64,000 nt of DNA from a candidate division WWE3 bacterium (lineage in GTDB: Bacteria > Patescibacteriota > 4484-211 > GCA-002791395): NCBI GenBank assembly GCA_013335095.1, contig JAAXWF010000002.1, positions 205,566 through 269,565 on the forward strand. The letters run 5' to 3'. Shown in pieces: positions 48,512 to 59,073 of this stretch; position 1 is the stretch's first letter, and the number at the start of each line of letters is the position of its first letter. The notes beneath the pieces are model-generated. The model worked only from the letters and a program-made list of their open reading frames with translations. It ran no database searches and was not told the origin of the DNA. The position numbers were made by a program, and so were the translations under genes.

Positions 48512-49404
48512 AAAGTAATAATATTGTCATTGGCGGAATACTCATTGTCGTAGGCATTTTGGTGCTCGCCTCCAATTTAGACATTTTTCATCTTAACTGG
48601 GAGATAGTCAGCCGCTTATGGCCAGCGATAATTCTATTTATAGGCATTCGTTCGTTTTTCCCGAATGCCTACGGACTCTTAATATCCCTGTTATTAACCA
48701 CGATCATCGTTGTCGGTGTCGGCTATGTAGCAACAGTAACCGGGCAACTTGATCCACGTGATTTCCTCACCACCACCCAAACAGGCAATCATCAACAATT
48801 TACCGTAGAAAATAATGAGTCAATACAAACCGCATCATTAAAGATTGAAAGCGGAGCAGGCGATATCTCGCTGTCATCAGGAACAGACACATTAATGACC
48901 GCAGAGGCAACATCCACGATTGGTGCTTATACGCTGGATCAGGACCTCACCACCACAAATGCCGATCTTCGATTGCATATTGATAATCCCAACATACAGC
49001 TTGGTCCTCAAAACCATACATTAGATGTAAAACTCAACTCAAATCCAGCATGGAGAATCGATGCAAATATTGGAGCAGCCCAAGGACGGTTTGATTTTAG
49101 CGACCTTCAGATAGAGCAACTAACACTTAAATCTGGCGCAACAGACGTGAATCTACGACTCGGAAGTATCGCAAAAGAGGCTCAAGTCACAATAGAAACC
49201 GGTGCATCATCAACCGATATTGAAGTCCCTCAAATAGCTGGGGTTCAAATCACGACCGACACGGGATTAACCGATAACGAATTTAATGGTTTTACACAGG
49301 TTAATGAAAAAACCTATCAATCCGATAATTTTGAATCCGCAGAAAAGAAAATCTTTATTCATATAAAAGCTGGCATGTCCTCAATTACGGTCAATCGGTA
49401 TTAA
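48508..49404 (+). CDS. LiaF-like / DUF4097-type beta-strand repeat protein with N-terminal TM pair
   Basis: Two N-terminal TMs then repetitive beta-rich segments. Start overlaps the PspC stop (ATGA). The PspC-LiaF pairing is a common envelope-stress arrangement. Confidence 0.4.
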   Translation: MKSNNIVIGGILIVVGILVLASNLDIFHLNWEIVSRLWPAIILFIGIRSFFPNAYGLLISLLLTTIIVVGVGYVATVTGQLDPRDFLTTTQTGNHQQFTVENNESIQTASLKIESGAGDISLSSGTDTLMTAEATSTIGAYTLDQDLTTTNADLRLHIDNPNIQLGPQNHTLDVKLNSNPAWRIDANIGAAQGRFDFSDLQIEQLTLKSGATDVNLRLGSIAKEAQVTIETGASSTDIEVPQIAGVQITTDTGLTDNEFNGFTQVNEKTYQSDNFESAEKKIFIHIKAGMSSITVNRY

Positions 49405-49559
49405 TCTTTTTTACCATTACAGATAGATGTATACTATGTTTTTGCTGACGAGCCTGCGTTGGTAGAGAAAGGAGTCGAATCCGACAAAAAGTGGAATTCG
49501 AGTTTCGAATACCTGACCTGCCAGTGTTGGCAAGTAGGTACAGCCAAGGAGGTTTCGCT

Positions 49560-50045
49560 ATGAGGTCGGTAGCAATGCCTGGATACCACGAATCATCAAT
49601 TCGTCGTTTCCATGCTTCTGCATGGGGAATCGCGATCGTGGCGTTCCTCATAAGCCCGTATGGTCCATTGGGATGGTTCTGGCGGCCCGCCGTTGAACTT
49701 CCCATTAATGGATTTATGGCCAGCTTGGCCTACGTGCTGATGCTGATTGTGAGGGTCATCTGTTTTGGGTACGCGGTGTCTTTTCTTCTGTTTAAATGGA
49801 AAAAGCTCCCCGCCCTACCGTCCCTCAGCCTTGCGGCAACACGTCTATTCGTAGCAATAACGGCACTATTGACCGCAAGCTGGTGGGTGACATCCTCAAT
49901 CAGCGAGGTAATGAGACTCAGCGGTTTAGGCAAAAGTATCTTCTTCGACGGGGTGTTTCAACTCCTCGCCATGGGGTACGGCCTGTTCCTGGTTTTCGTG
50001 ATCATACCGAAGATCGGGAGTGCCAATAGCGACACCAGTGCCTAA
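49560..50045 (+). CDS. integral membrane protein, 4 TM (hypothetical; GC-rich approx 57%)
   Basis: Start chosen at ATG 49560 with a perfect AGGAGG RBS 7 nt upstream. The ORF-track start 49491 lacks an RBS. Confidence 0.4.
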   Translation: MRSVAMPGYHESSIRRFHASAWGIAIVAFLISPYGPLGWFWRPAVELPINGFMASLAYVLMLIVRVICFGYAVSFLLFKWKKLPALPSLSLAATRLFVAITALLTASWWVTSSISEVMRLSGLGKSIFFDGVFQLLAMGYGLFLVFVIIPKIGSANSDTSA

Positions 50046-50138
50046 AAATCAAGCCAGGCGGTATTATATCGTCTGGCATTTACTTTTCTATTACACCCCG
50101 CATATTTTTTTCAAATATATTTTTTTTACAGTACAAAA

Positions 50139-50978
50139 ATGGAAAAACAGTCTCGACAAACTCCACCAGGAATTCAAGAAAATATGAAGGACAAGCCTGA
50201 ATCAATAAAAAAAGATTATAAAGCGGCGGGCAAACTCAAAGATAAAACTGCAATTATCACGGGGGGAGATAGTGGTATCGGACGTGCTGCCGCAATAATG
50301 TTTGCCCAAGAAGGAGCGAATGTCAGCATTGTGTACTTAAACGAAAATAATGATGCACAAGAAACTAAACAGATGATTGAAGAGCTCGGACGTCACTGCC
50401 TTACGATAAACGGAGATGTCGGACAAGAAGATTTTTGTGAATATGCACTGGAACAAATACTGCATGAATATAAGCATGTCGATGTGTTAATTAACAATGC
50501 CGCAGAACAACATCCTCAAGAAAAAATGGAAGATATTACTCAAGAACAACTCGAAAAAACTTTTCGCACTAACGTATTTGGATATTTTTACATGGCAAAG
50601 TCGACTATTCCTCATCTTTCTAAGGGTAGTTCAATTATAAATACATCTTCGGTCACCGCATATCGTGGGAGCAGTCATTTAATTGACTATTCAGCGACAA
50701 AAGGGGCGATTGTCGCGTTTACACGTTCGTTATCCCAAAATTTAGCAGCAAAAGAGATTCGAGTAAACGCAGTTGCACCCGGTCCCGTTTGGACACCACT
50801 TATTACCTCAACGTTCCCACAAGAAAAAATAGAGTCATTTGGATCAGATACAGCATTACAGCGAGCCGCCCAGCCAACCGAAATAGCGCCTTGTTTTGTA
50901 TTTTTAGCTTCGGAGGATTCAAGTTATATGACTGGACAAGTACTACATCCCAATGGTGGAGAAATAATTAATGGATAA
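50139..50978 (+). CDS. SDR family NAD(P)-dependent oxidoreductase (YghA/YhdF-like)
   Basis: TGGDSGIGRA (TGxxxGxG), NNAA, catalytic S...YSATKGA (YxxxK), PG motif APGPVWTPL. Confidence 0.8.
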   Translation: MEKQSRQTPPGIQENMKDKPESIKKDYKAAGKLKDKTAIITGGDSGIGRAAAIMFAQEGANVSIVYLNENNDAQETKQMIEELGRHCLTINGDVGQEDFCEYALEQILHEYKHVDVLINNAAEQHPQEKMEDITQEQLEKTFRTNVFGYFYMAKSTIPHLSKGSSIINTSSVTAYRGSSHLIDYSATKGAIVAFTRSLSQNLAAKEIRVNAVAPGPVWTPLITSTFPQEKIESFGSDTALQRAAQPTEIAPCFVFLASEDSSYMTGQVLHPNGGEIING

Positions 50979-51033
50979 AAAAATACCAGCATACTCGTCA
51001 TTGAGCATGCTGGCGTTACGGCCGATGGGCAAA

Positions 51034-51354
51034 CTACCCCTCGTTGACGATCGTCTGATCGCCGGTCGTAATGTTGATGTTGCGACCAGCTACCATTCGA
51101 TTGATGCGGAGGACTGGCCCAACATGGACCACGTTCCCGCGCCCCTGAACGTGAACCTCCACTCCTGAGGCGGTTACGATGTTCAAGTCACTCGCCGCAT
51201 CCTGAGCGACGGGCGGCTGCCCGGGGGTGATGCCTGCCCGAGCAAGGCTAGCCCGAACCTGTGCCATCACAGCAGCGGCTGCGGCCCCCGATACGGGCTG
51301 GCCGTTCGTGACGACCTGATGATTGCCCGTCACCATAATCACGCGCTTGGTCAT
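51034..51354 (-). CDS. small Gly/Val/Ala-rich hypothetical protein, very GC-rich (approx 65%)
   Basis: ORF in a short segment whose composition is far from the local 40% GC. Could equally be a non-coding GC-rich insert. Confidence 0.25.
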   Translation of the reverse strand: MTKRVIMVTGNHQVVTNGQPVSGAAAAAVMAQVRASLARAGITPGQPPVAQDAASDLNIVTASGVEVHVQGRGNVVHVGPVLRINRMVAGRNINITTGDQTIVNEG

Positions 51355-51462
51355 AAGACCCTCCCGATAATGAGGAAAGATTCCCCTCCAAGAGTGGCCC
51401 GGAGGCCCTTCAAATTGGTGTTTTGATTATACAAGAAAATCCAACAAAATAAAACTATAGGG

Positions 51463-52155
51463 CTAACGCATTAATTTCAATGAACGGGTTATCTGGTCTA
51501 AAATAGTCAAGTTTGCATCAATGTTCGTTCCTATATAGGTAATTTGATATTGAGTCATATTATTTACCGTTCCAAATCCAGGCGAATTTGGTTCAACATA
51601 CTCAACGTAATAGGTTTCATCTGTATTGGTCACATAGTAGCGTCTTTTTTGTACCGTAAATCCTAAAATATTTTGCTGCCCATCAATCGAAGATCCGCAC
51701 ACATTAGAATCTGGTGCGGGACTTGATTCAGGCCAGGAACAGATTGACGGATCATCAACGTACGCGTTGTAACCTGTTAGTAACGGGGACACATAAAATA
51801 CCCACATCGCACCACCGTTAGAGATGGTGACCTTTGCCGTGTTGCAACAAGATTCGCTTTGATAATCTTCGACATTATTTGCCTGATCAATATTTAATTC
51901 CCATTCCGGTGGATATTGGACGGAATAACCGTGAACATTATTACGATATGTTTTCCATGTTTGTAGATTAATTGGGGTTGGACTAACGGCCATTGTTGGT
52001 GTTGGACTGACCATGTCATCATCTTCGTTCTCAATATTTAATGCATCGCGGGTAATAAAAAAGACCGCCGCCACAAACGTTAAAATGGCAAAGCCAATCG
52101 CCGCAAACTCAACAGTGGTGAATCCTCGATTTTTTTGAAATATCATCATACTCAT
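51463..52155 (-). CDS. type IV pilin-like protein
   Basis: MIFQKNRGFTTVEFAAIGFAILTFVAAVFFI is a prepilin motif (G|F..E). Confidence 0.5.
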   Translation of the reverse strand: MSMMIFQKNRGFTTVEFAAIGFAILTFVAAVFFITRDALNIENEDDDMVSPTPTMAVSPTPINLQTWKTYRNNVHGYSVQYPPEWELNIDQANNVEDYQSESCCNTAKVTISNGGAMWVFYVSPLLTGYNAYVDDPSICSWPESSPAPDSNVCGSSIDGQQNILGFTVQKRRYYVTNTDETYYVEYVEPNSPGFGTVNNMTQYQITYIGTNIDANLTILDQITRSLKLMR

Positions 52156-52189
52156 AATGACTGAACAGGTAGATACCTGTCAACGTTAG

Positions 52190-53572
52190 TTATTCTAAAT
52201 TACGACGTACCATTTTATACAACGTACGTACGGTACCCGGGATAGCAACAGACTGCGAGATCGTATAAAACTTTCCAAAGCTTTCTTCGAAAGATTCCTG
52301 CGAATACTGGTTAAAAATATCTTTGCGGGTAGTTAATAAACGTTGGACTTGTGTATCTTCTTTTGGCACGAACTCGATAATAAGTTGAGGGGCAATCAGA
52401 CTAAACTGGTACGCGATTTGATCAAACGGGAGGTTATTTGATATCGCCAGGTGATGAATTAGAGCGAGGGCTAGTATAGTATCGACCGAAACACGCTCGT
52501 ATAACGGCGATCTTTCTTTGTTCATCCAGCCAATTCCCGGCGAAGGGTTGGTTATATCAGAAATAAAACAAGCGACATTTTGAACGTGTTGTTTTTGAAT
52601 ATATGAATACATTCGATCAATAGCCAGCGGATCAATATCACTACTTAATACCAATGAATGATGCTCGGCAGCCAGTAGACTAAAAACTCCGGTATTGCCA
52701 CCAATATCCCACACACATCCCGGCTCGATTGAGGTTAATAACTGAACAAGGATCTTCTTTTTTTCTTCAAAAGAATCATCGCCGTAGTTGGTGTTGGCAT
52801 AATAATCGCCCCATTCAGTCTGAGTGTTAGGAAGTGATATCTTTACAGTTGCATTCGTAAGACTATCAATTAGCCCCTTCATTTGAGTGAGAGAAAAAGC
52901 CTTATTCAGATCGACAGAACTTTTTTTAGAGTCAGAATACAATCGTTGAATGTAGGCATGAATAAATAAATGAATCAGATATGACGGTCGGAGGGTAAAA
53001 GTCTTTGGTAGTATTGCAACGGCTGTTTGGAGTGGAATACCATCTAAATTAAATTCGAGCATTTTATTTAAAGAAAGATCGACCTTTGCCATGAGCGCGA
53101 GTGGTGCTAAAAAGTGCTGGCAAAATTGTTTATAGGCGACCCATGGTTTTTCGGTATATTCTTCAAAAGAGAGGGTGTCGATAAAGATCGGTTTCCCCTG
53201 GTGGAACTGGACATTATAACTACTCGCATCCTTTAATGACATGTTATATTCCAGGGCTATTTGCTGTATTTTTAGCGTTAGCATGGCTGCATCTTTTAAC
53301 ATTTGAAATGACCATTCGTATGGATAGGTAATGCACAAAATCTTATTTGGCTCAATGACTTTATATCCTTGATCATTGAGCGGTGCATGAGTTGAATCCT
53401 GATGAGGGATAAGGAGTTTTTCAGATACCAATCGATCATACAGACCGCTGTTTATCAGCATATCGAACTCATGTTGATACGAGTGGTTTATTTGGCGATA
53501 GATCGTACCGTTTTCTGAAAAAATAAATCCGGAAGGATCGCGAAAAGATGCGGGATGGTTACTTGGAATCAT
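52190..53572 (-). CDS. class I SAM-dependent methyltransferase (FkbM-like C-terminal domain) with N-terminal domain of unknown function
   Basis: C-terminal VWDIGGNTGVFSLLAAE is the motif I (D/E-x-G-x-N-x-G) of FkbM-type methyltransferases. Acidic motif II LSSDID. Confidence 0.5.
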   Translation of the reverse strand: MIPSNHPASFRDPSGFIFSENGTIYRQINHSYQHEFDMLINSGLYDRLVSEKLLIPHQDSTHAPLNDQGYKVIEPNKILCITYPYEWSFQMLKDAAMLTLKIQQIALEYNMSLKDASSYNVQFHQGKPIFIDTLSFEEYTEKPWVAYKQFCQHFLAPLALMAKVDLSLNKMLEFNLDGIPLQTAVAILPKTFTLRPSYLIHLFIHAYIQRLYSDSKKSSVDLNKAFSLTQMKGLIDSLTNATVKISLPNTQTEWGDYYANTNYGDDSFEEKKKILVQLLTSIEPGCVWDIGGNTGVFSLLAAEHHSLVLSSDIDPLAIDRMYSYIQKQHVQNVACFISDITNPSPGIGWMNKERSPLYERVSVDTILALALIHHLAISNNLPFDQIAYQFSLIAPQLIIEFVPKEDTQVQRLLTTRKDIFNQYSQESFEESFGKFYTISQSVAIPGTVRTLYKMVRRNLE

Positions 53573-53801
53573 GATTATCTGACGAGGTTTGAGTTGGTTG
53601 TTTTTTCTTCCACAGCTTAGACCAACGTTCTTTTAGAGCAGCCCAATATGTTTTTATTAGAAATCCGCCGCCGACTGCGCCGCCGATTAATAACTGAATT
53701 AGATAACTCCCGGTTCCTGGATCAAGATATGCATGGGCGTGGGGGGTAAAGGTGATTGATAAAAAGAACAGTACTAAAAAGATATCGGTAACTCTTCGCA
53801 T
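53559..53801 (-). CDS. small TM protein (hypothetical)
   Basis: Signal/TM at the N-terminus and a second hydrophobic segment (LIGGAVGGGFLI). Confidence 0.3.
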   Translation of the reverse strand: MRRVTDIFLVLFFLSITFTPHAHAYLDPGTGSYLIQLLIGGAVGGGFLIKTYWAALKERWSKLWKKKQPTQTSSDNHDSK

Positions 53802-53828
53802 AATAATCGTTATAATACACTATTTTGC

Positions 53829-53912
53829 TGGTGCCGGAGAGAGGACTCGAACCTCCACAGGTTTCCCCGTCAGCTCCTAAAGCTGATGCGTCTGCCATTT
53901 CGCCACTCCGGC
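53829..53912 (-). tRNA. tRNA-Leu (anticodon UAG), type II with long variable arm
   Basis: Reverse complement GCCGGAGTGGCGAAATGGCAGACGCATCAGCTTTAGGAGCTGACGGGGAAACCTGTGGAGGTTCGAGTCCTCTCTCCGGCACCA shows anticodon stem TCAGC/GCTGA, loop UUUAGGA, a 15-nt variable arm, a T-arm and CCA. Confidence 0.8.
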
Positions 53913-53950
53913 ACATAAAAGCACTCTTATTTTAGCATGGCGTCGCCTTC

Positions 53951-55414
53951 TTACAGTATATGATGCTCGGTTAAATATTTGCGGATCCGGTTTTTAGTAC
54001 TATTCATCTTGGCGATACGCAGCCAGTCCGAACTTGGGTATTTTCGAGTAGGTGAAATAATAATCTCGCAGACATCATTGTTCTGGAGCTCATAATCAAT
54101 CCCAACCATCTTGCCGTTAACTTTCGCCCCGCTCAAATGGTGACCGATCTCGGTATGCACTTGATAGGCAAAATCAATCGGCGTGGCGCCTTTGGGCATG
54201 TCTTTTACATCGCCCTTTGGAGTAAACACAAATACACGGTCTCCAAATAAATCTAATTTTAAAGCCGCCTCAAACTCGTGATCTTCTAAAATTTCGGATT
54301 GCCATTCGACCAAATCTCGCAGCCATTTAATCCGATCTTCCGGCGCTTCGGTCATACTATGCCCAAGCTCTTTGTAAATAACGTGAGCAGCGGGACCAAA
54401 TTCGTTGTATTGATGCATCTCTCGGGTTCTGATCTGGACTTCGGCATGATCATTTCGCTCAGGCACAAAAACTGACGTATGCACCGACCGATATCCATTT
54501 GGCTTTGGGCGGGCGATATAATCATCAAAACCCTTTGGGTTCGAACGCCAGCGCTGATGAACATATCCAAGCGCGGTATAACATTCTTCTAACGAACCAA
54601 CAATGATGCGAAACGCTTGTTTATCCTGCAATCGATCTAAATAATCCTCAATCGTTTCACCGGCAGTATGTTTACGGGAAAATTTCCGATAGATACTGTA
54701 ATAATTTTTAATCCGTCCATATACATAGGATTCAATGGAGTTAATATCCATCAAGGTGTGCAGTTCATCCGTCATGTAATGAATAAACTGCTCACGCTCA
54801 TCGTACGTTTTAACAAAATAATTATCCATTTGCTGATACACATCAGGATACATACGTTTAAACGCACCATCTTCAAGCTTACGTTTTAAATGGAAAATAC
54901 CAAGACGCTCGGCGAGAGGAGCATAAATCTCCAAAATTTTTTCCAAAGTCTGATGCTGAACTTCTATCGGCAGCGCATCAACCGTTTCTAGATTATGTAA
55001 TTTATCGGCTAGACGAATCAGTATCACCCGAATATCTTTGGCACTGGCCAAGAATAGCTTACGCAAATTTTCCCGATAGGCGAGAACACCTTTATGTGTG
55101 GCGATCCTTTTTAACCCGGTCACACCATCAACAAGCTCAGCCACCGTTTCGCCGAACTCTTCCTCTAAATCTTTTTTAGTGATATCAGTATGTTCGAGGA
55201 CATCATGGAGTAGCGCTGCACTTAGCGTGTACGAATCGACTTTAATATCTGCAAGATAGTTTGCCACTGCCACCGGATGATCAATAAAGCTTGAACCGAC
55301 TTTACGTTTTTGTCCGACATGCGCCGCATCAGCAAACGCATACGCCCGACGAATCAAATCGATCTTAGCGGTGGGATGGTATTTCAGTACTTTTTCAATA
55401 AGAGGATCAATCAT
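53951..55414 (-). CDS. rel: short RelA/SpoT homolog (HD hydrolase + synthetase + TGS; no ACT domain)
   Basis: HD motif HDVLEDT. Synthetase block RIKNYYSIYRKF...YRSVHTSV. TGS-like VFVFTPKGDVKDMPKGATPIDFAYQVHTEIG. Start set at internal ATG 55414 (MIDPLIEKVLKY). Confidence 0.8.
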   Translation of the reverse strand: MIDPLIEKVLKYHPTAKIDLIRRAYAFADAAHVGQKRKVGSSFIDHPVAVANYLADIKVDSYTLSAALLHDVLEHTDITKKDLEEEFGETVAELVDGVTGLKRIATHKGVLAYRENLRKLFLASAKDIRVILIRLADKLHNLETVDALPIEVQHQTLEKILEIYAPLAERLGIFHLKRKLEDGAFKRMYPDVYQQMDNYFVKTYDEREQFIHYMTDELHTLMDINSIESYVYGRIKNYYSIYRKFSRKHTAGETIEDYLDRLQDKQAFRIIVGSLEECYTALGYVHQRWRSNPKGFDDYIARPKPNGYRSVHTSVFVPERNDHAEVQIRTREMHQYNEFGPAAHVIYKELGHSMTEAPEDRIKWLRDLVEWQSEILEDHEFEAALKLDLFGDRVFVFTPKGDVKDMPKGATPIDFAYQVHTEIGHHLSGAKVNGKMVGIDYELQNNDVCEIIISPTRKYPSSDWLRIAKMNSTKNRIRKYLTEHHIL

Positions 55415-55524
55415 GGGTTCAATTATACGATCGAGCGCTACTACACAGAGCGACACATCGACTCTCAGCAAAATATAAGTAAAGATTTGTACTATATGTC
55501 CGCATAATATGTATAATAAATCGT

Positions 55525-56415
55525 ATGAACATATATGATCAGATCAGTCAAAATAAAACCCGAAGTATTGTAATTATCACCGTATTCATAGTAGTCGTGG
55601 CCGGACTCGGCTTTATATTTGGAAAAGCACTAGACTATGGATATACGCTATTTATTTTTGCAACGGTCTTTGCTATCTGTAGCTCTTTCTTTAGCTATTA
55701 TTTCTCCGATAAGTTAGCACTATCAGTGAGTGGCGCTCGGGAGGTCAGTACACAGACAGAACAACGACTTTTTAGAATGGTAGAAAATCTATCCATTGGC
55801 GCAGGACTCACACCCATGCCCAAAGTCTATGTAATCGAAGATACCGCGATAAACGCATTTGCCACAGGAAGGGATCCCAAACATGCTTCAGTAGCTGTAA
55901 CACGGGGAGCGCTGCAAAAACTTGATGATATGGAACTAGAAGGTGTTATCGCCCATGAGTTATCGCATATTCGTAATTATGATATTTTGACAATGACGAT
56001 CGCGGTCGTCTTAGTTGGAATAATCGCCCTTGTGAGCGAATGGTTTATGCGATCATTGTGGTTTAGCGGAGATGATAATCGACGCGAAGGTCGGAGTGGG
56101 GGATTGATGATAATCTTTGCCATAATCGGAGCAATTTTAGCCCCGCTGATTGGTCAATTATTGCAAATGGCGCTATCTCGACAACGTGAATATCTTGCCG
56201 ATGCCAGTGGTGCGCTTTTAACCCGCTACCCAGACGGGTTAGCCCAAGCTTTGGAAAAAATTCAAGCTGATGGTCAACCGCTACGAAATGCAAACACCGC
56301 AACAGCTCACCTATATATAGCCAATCCATTTGAAGGTGTTAATGAAAAATTGTTTAACCTCTTTTCGACTCATCCGCCTATTGAAGAGCGGATTAAACGA
56401 CTGCGTGCTATGTAA
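55525..56415 (+). CDS. htpX: zinc metalloprotease HtpX (M48)
   Basis: Two N-terminal TMs, HELSH in VIAHELSHIRN, downstream E (REYLADA), C-terminal TM pair. Confidence 0.85.
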   Translation: MNIYDQISQNKTRSIVIITVFIVVVAGLGFIFGKALDYGYTLFIFATVFAICSSFFSYYFSDKLALSVSGAREVSTQTEQRLFRMVENLSIGAGLTPMPKVYVIEDTAINAFATGRDPKHASVAVTRGALQKLDDMELEGVIAHELSHIRNYDILTMTIAVVLVGIIALVSEWFMRSLWFSGDDNRREGRSGGLMIIFAIIGAILAPLIGQLLQMALSRQREYLADASGALLTRYPDGLAQALEKIQADGQPLRNANTATAHLYIANPFEGVNEKLFNLFSTHPPIEERIKRLRAM

Positions 56416-56469
56416 AAAAAGCCGGCAAGCATAATGCTCACCGGCCTGAAGTTCAATCTATAAAAAAGG

Positions 56470-57051
56470 CTACTGTACTTCAGGGATGGTTAGATCCTCG
56501 CTGAAGTGGACTTCAAAGTCCTTCTGAGATGGTGGTGTCCGTGCATCTACCTGCTTGGTAAATATCACCTCGACCACCGAAGATTTCAGGTTAACCGTCC
56601 CTGCGATGGTCATGGTCACCGAGATATCCGTGAGATTGATTGTTTTAGTCGCCGTAAAGCGATATTTATCAGATCCTTCGGATTTCCAGGTCCCACTGAG
56701 TGGATAGAGCTGCAGGTCATAGCGAAGATGCAACGGAGGTTCAAACTCCATTGTTCCATCATCGTAGAACCGCCACGCCGCGTATCCGAACACCCACATG
56801 GCATCATCACTCGCCACGCGAGCATCACCGACTTGGGGATTGGCTGATCCCTCTTGATAGGTCATCTTACTGAAGGTTTCCCGTAAAGGGAGGCCACCTT
56901 CATAGGTGTATAGAATGACCTTAGAAGATGCTGGTTTTGGTGACGAAGGAAGAGGTGTAGATTGGGGAACGATGCCGGCGCACCCACACAAAGCCATTAC
57001 GAATAACCATCCCAGAAGTGGGATTCCGATTAGCCGCATGCGCATTCTCAT
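56470..57051 (-). CDS. putative lipoprotein (GC-rich approx 55%)
   Basis: Signal peptide ending in lipobox-like LCGCAG. Beta-rich mature region. No known domain. Confidence 0.4.
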   Translation of the reverse strand: MRMRMRLIGIPLLGWLFVMALCGCAGIVPQSTPLPSSPKPASSKVILYTYEGGLPLRETFSKMTYQEGSANPQVGDARVASDDAMWVFGYAAWRFYDDGTMEFEPPLHLRYDLQLYPLSGTWKSEGSDKYRFTATKTINLTDISVTMTIAGTVNLKSSVVEVIFTKQVDARTPPSQKDFEVHFSEDLTIPEVQ

Positions 57052-57149
57052 GCTCCTTGCCTTATTGAGGGATAATCCTCTAGCATACTCGACGCGGTTG
57101 TAGGATACAACAAATTCCCGGGTATTTCAAGGGAAAACTAAATTTCAGG

Positions 57150-57995
57150 TTACTCAAGTCCCGTGCAGTCAGATATGGTTTCTTTAGATTCACCACTTGC
57201 AGAAGTTACGCACGAAGCGACAACGGTAGCGTTATTATTATCTAGTTTGATTTGGTACAAAAAGATCGATGAGCGGTCTTGATTTCCCCCATCACATTGC
57301 CAGGTTAACGTACCGTTTGTTGTAAGTTGGATTGGTTTGGCACAAGAAAATGAAGGAAGTTCATCTACTAATTGTTCGATCTGTCCAATAATACGATCGT
57401 TTTTATTATGTTCATAGACAAAAAATACTCGAGTCAGACCCGATGAAGCGGCTAAACCCGTATGCAGAACATACAGCGAATCGCCGGTTATTGTCCGACA
57501 ATACATAGCGCCATTCACTTCATTTCTTTGACTTGTTAATTGGTCCAATTTTTCTATGGCCTGGTGTATGACCATATCAGGTGAAACGGATTCGACGGCA
57601 GTATCCGAAACCGCATAGGGATTTAATTGGGTAAACTTTGCACCTGATTCGTGATTTGTAAGCGTGGTATAAAACGTTGAACAACGCAATCCAATCAACT
57701 GGTCTAGTGGAGTATCAATAATAGAAGAAGGGTATGGGTGGCCATCAACAAAAATATCATCATATCCAATGTAGCGATCGCGAAAACCAACGGACTGTGA
57801 AGACTGACGGACAATAGTAGTGGGAGTTATATCGCTAGAATGTTCATTATCGGCCCGTAGATCAGTCAAATTTGTATCCTCAGAGGAGTTATTGGTTAAC
57901 AAACTAAGAACAATGAATAATCCAGCGCACACGAGCCAGACAGCGTAGATACCATTTTTAGCAGAATATTTTTCATTCGATGATGCAGCCATCAC
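57150..57995 (-). CDS. TM-anchored hypothetical exported protein
   Basis: N-terminal TM (GIYAVWLVCAGLFIVLSLL). No motif. Start overlaps the upstream gene end (operon with the aminopeptidase). Confidence 0.35.
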   Translation of the reverse strand: MMAASSNEKYSAKNGIYAVWLVCAGLFIVLSLLTNNSSEDTNLTDLRADNEHSSDITPTTIVRQSSQSVGFRDRYIGYDDIFVDGHPYPSSIIDTPLDQLIGLRCSTFYTTLTNHESGAKFTQLNPYAVSDTAVESVSPDMVIHQAIEKLDQLTSQRNEVNGAMYCRTITGDSLYVLHTGLAASSGLTRVFFVYEHNKNDRIIGQIEQLVDELPSFSCAKPIQLTTNGTLTWQCDGGNQDRSSIFLYQIKLDNNNATVVASCVTSASGESKETISDCTGLE

Positions 57996-58987
57996 AATAG
58001 GAATTTACCCTCTTCCATGACCATCTTATCGCCGATCCAAATTGACGTATTTGGTGAAACAAGGTCAATATGTCCAGGTGCATCCCACGTGGCTCCGGTT
58101 TGATCAGGAAACGGGTGTCCAAATGCTATATGGAGTCCGGGGTACTTCTCATCTTGTAATAAATTGCCTGTTAGATGGTCCAAACCAATATTTGTACCGA
58201 TTGCAAATTCACCAACCCGATCGTTATTCGCTTCGGCTTTTACATACTTTAAGAATTCGTTAACAAGCTGTTGATCAGGATGGGTTGCACTGACAATACG
58301 GCTATCTTGGATTGTTACATGAATAGGTTTAGCTAAAATACCGTATTGATGGCCAAAGTAATCACCAAGAACTCGAGCTGAGATTAATCCAGAGACGGAT
58401 ACCGGAGTCGTAAATATTTCGCCATCGGGTAAATTGGTCCATGTACCTGGGTTTTCAATCGATCCTGTACATACCACCCACTTATATTTTTTCGGGTCAA
58501 CAATGGCTTTTATATTCGTTCCGTCACTCGAAGTAACTCGAATTGATGTCGCCGTTAATAGCAACTGATGAAGAGCGTTTGTTATTTCGGCAACTCGGTC
58601 ATAATCGGCATTCATTCCTTCTTTCATTAACTGTTCATCGATATTAATCATATGAGCGTGACGACAGTTAAGCTCTTTAATGAGCAGGTCCAATAGTGGA
58701 TGTCGGAAACCGGGGAGTTCTCCTTCTAATCCTTGGGCTGCATAGATTGATACCGTGGGTTTAAATTCGCGTATTTCATTAATCATTGCATCAGGAAGGG
58801 TTAAAGTGGGACGATTGCTAAAATCTTCTATGCGTATTGGCTTTACAGCTCCAATCAAGTTTGCTTCTATTTCTATTTGTGTTGCAATAGTAGCTGAATG
58901 ATCATCAGTAATAATAATCATCCGATCCTGTGATGAAAAATGAGTTAATTTGATGACGTTACGTGCTCCGTTTTGTAATGTTTGCAT
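57992..58987 (-). CDS. M29-family-like aminopeptidase (AmpS/PepS type), tentative
   Basis: GEFAIGTNIGL and LHIAFGHP blocks resemble the M29 aminopeptidase core. Shorter than typical (331 aa). Confidence 0.45.
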   Translation of the reverse strand: MQTLQNGARNVIKLTHFSSQDRMIIITDDHSATIATQIEIEANLIGAVKPIRIEDFSNRPTLTLPDAMINEIREFKPTVSIYAAQGLEGELPGFRHPLLDLLIKELNCRHAHMINIDEQLMKEGMNADYDRVAEITNALHQLLLTATSIRVTSSDGTNIKAIVDPKKYKWVVCTGSIENPGTWTNLPDGEIFTTPVSVSGLISARVLGDYFGHQYGILAKPIHVTIQDSRIVSATHPDQQLVNEFLKYVKAEANNDRVGEFAIGTNIGLDHLTGNLLQDEKYPGLHIAFGHPFPDQTGATWDAPGHIDLVSPNTSIWIGDKMVMEEGKFLL

Positions 58988-59073
58988 ACACAGACAACAG
59001 TATCAACGAATAAGAAAACCACGCCGACACGTTAATACTGATAATAATACACCATGGGAAAAGAAGTGGGGAT

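Noticed and set aside
49455-49500. GGAGTCGAATCCGAC, a T-arm-like motif checked as a third tRNA
   Set aside because: No acceptor stem complement or anticodon arm could be built around it.
53722-53916. 64-aa minus-strand ORF
   Set aside because: Entirely overlaps tRNA-Leu(UAG) at 53829..53912.
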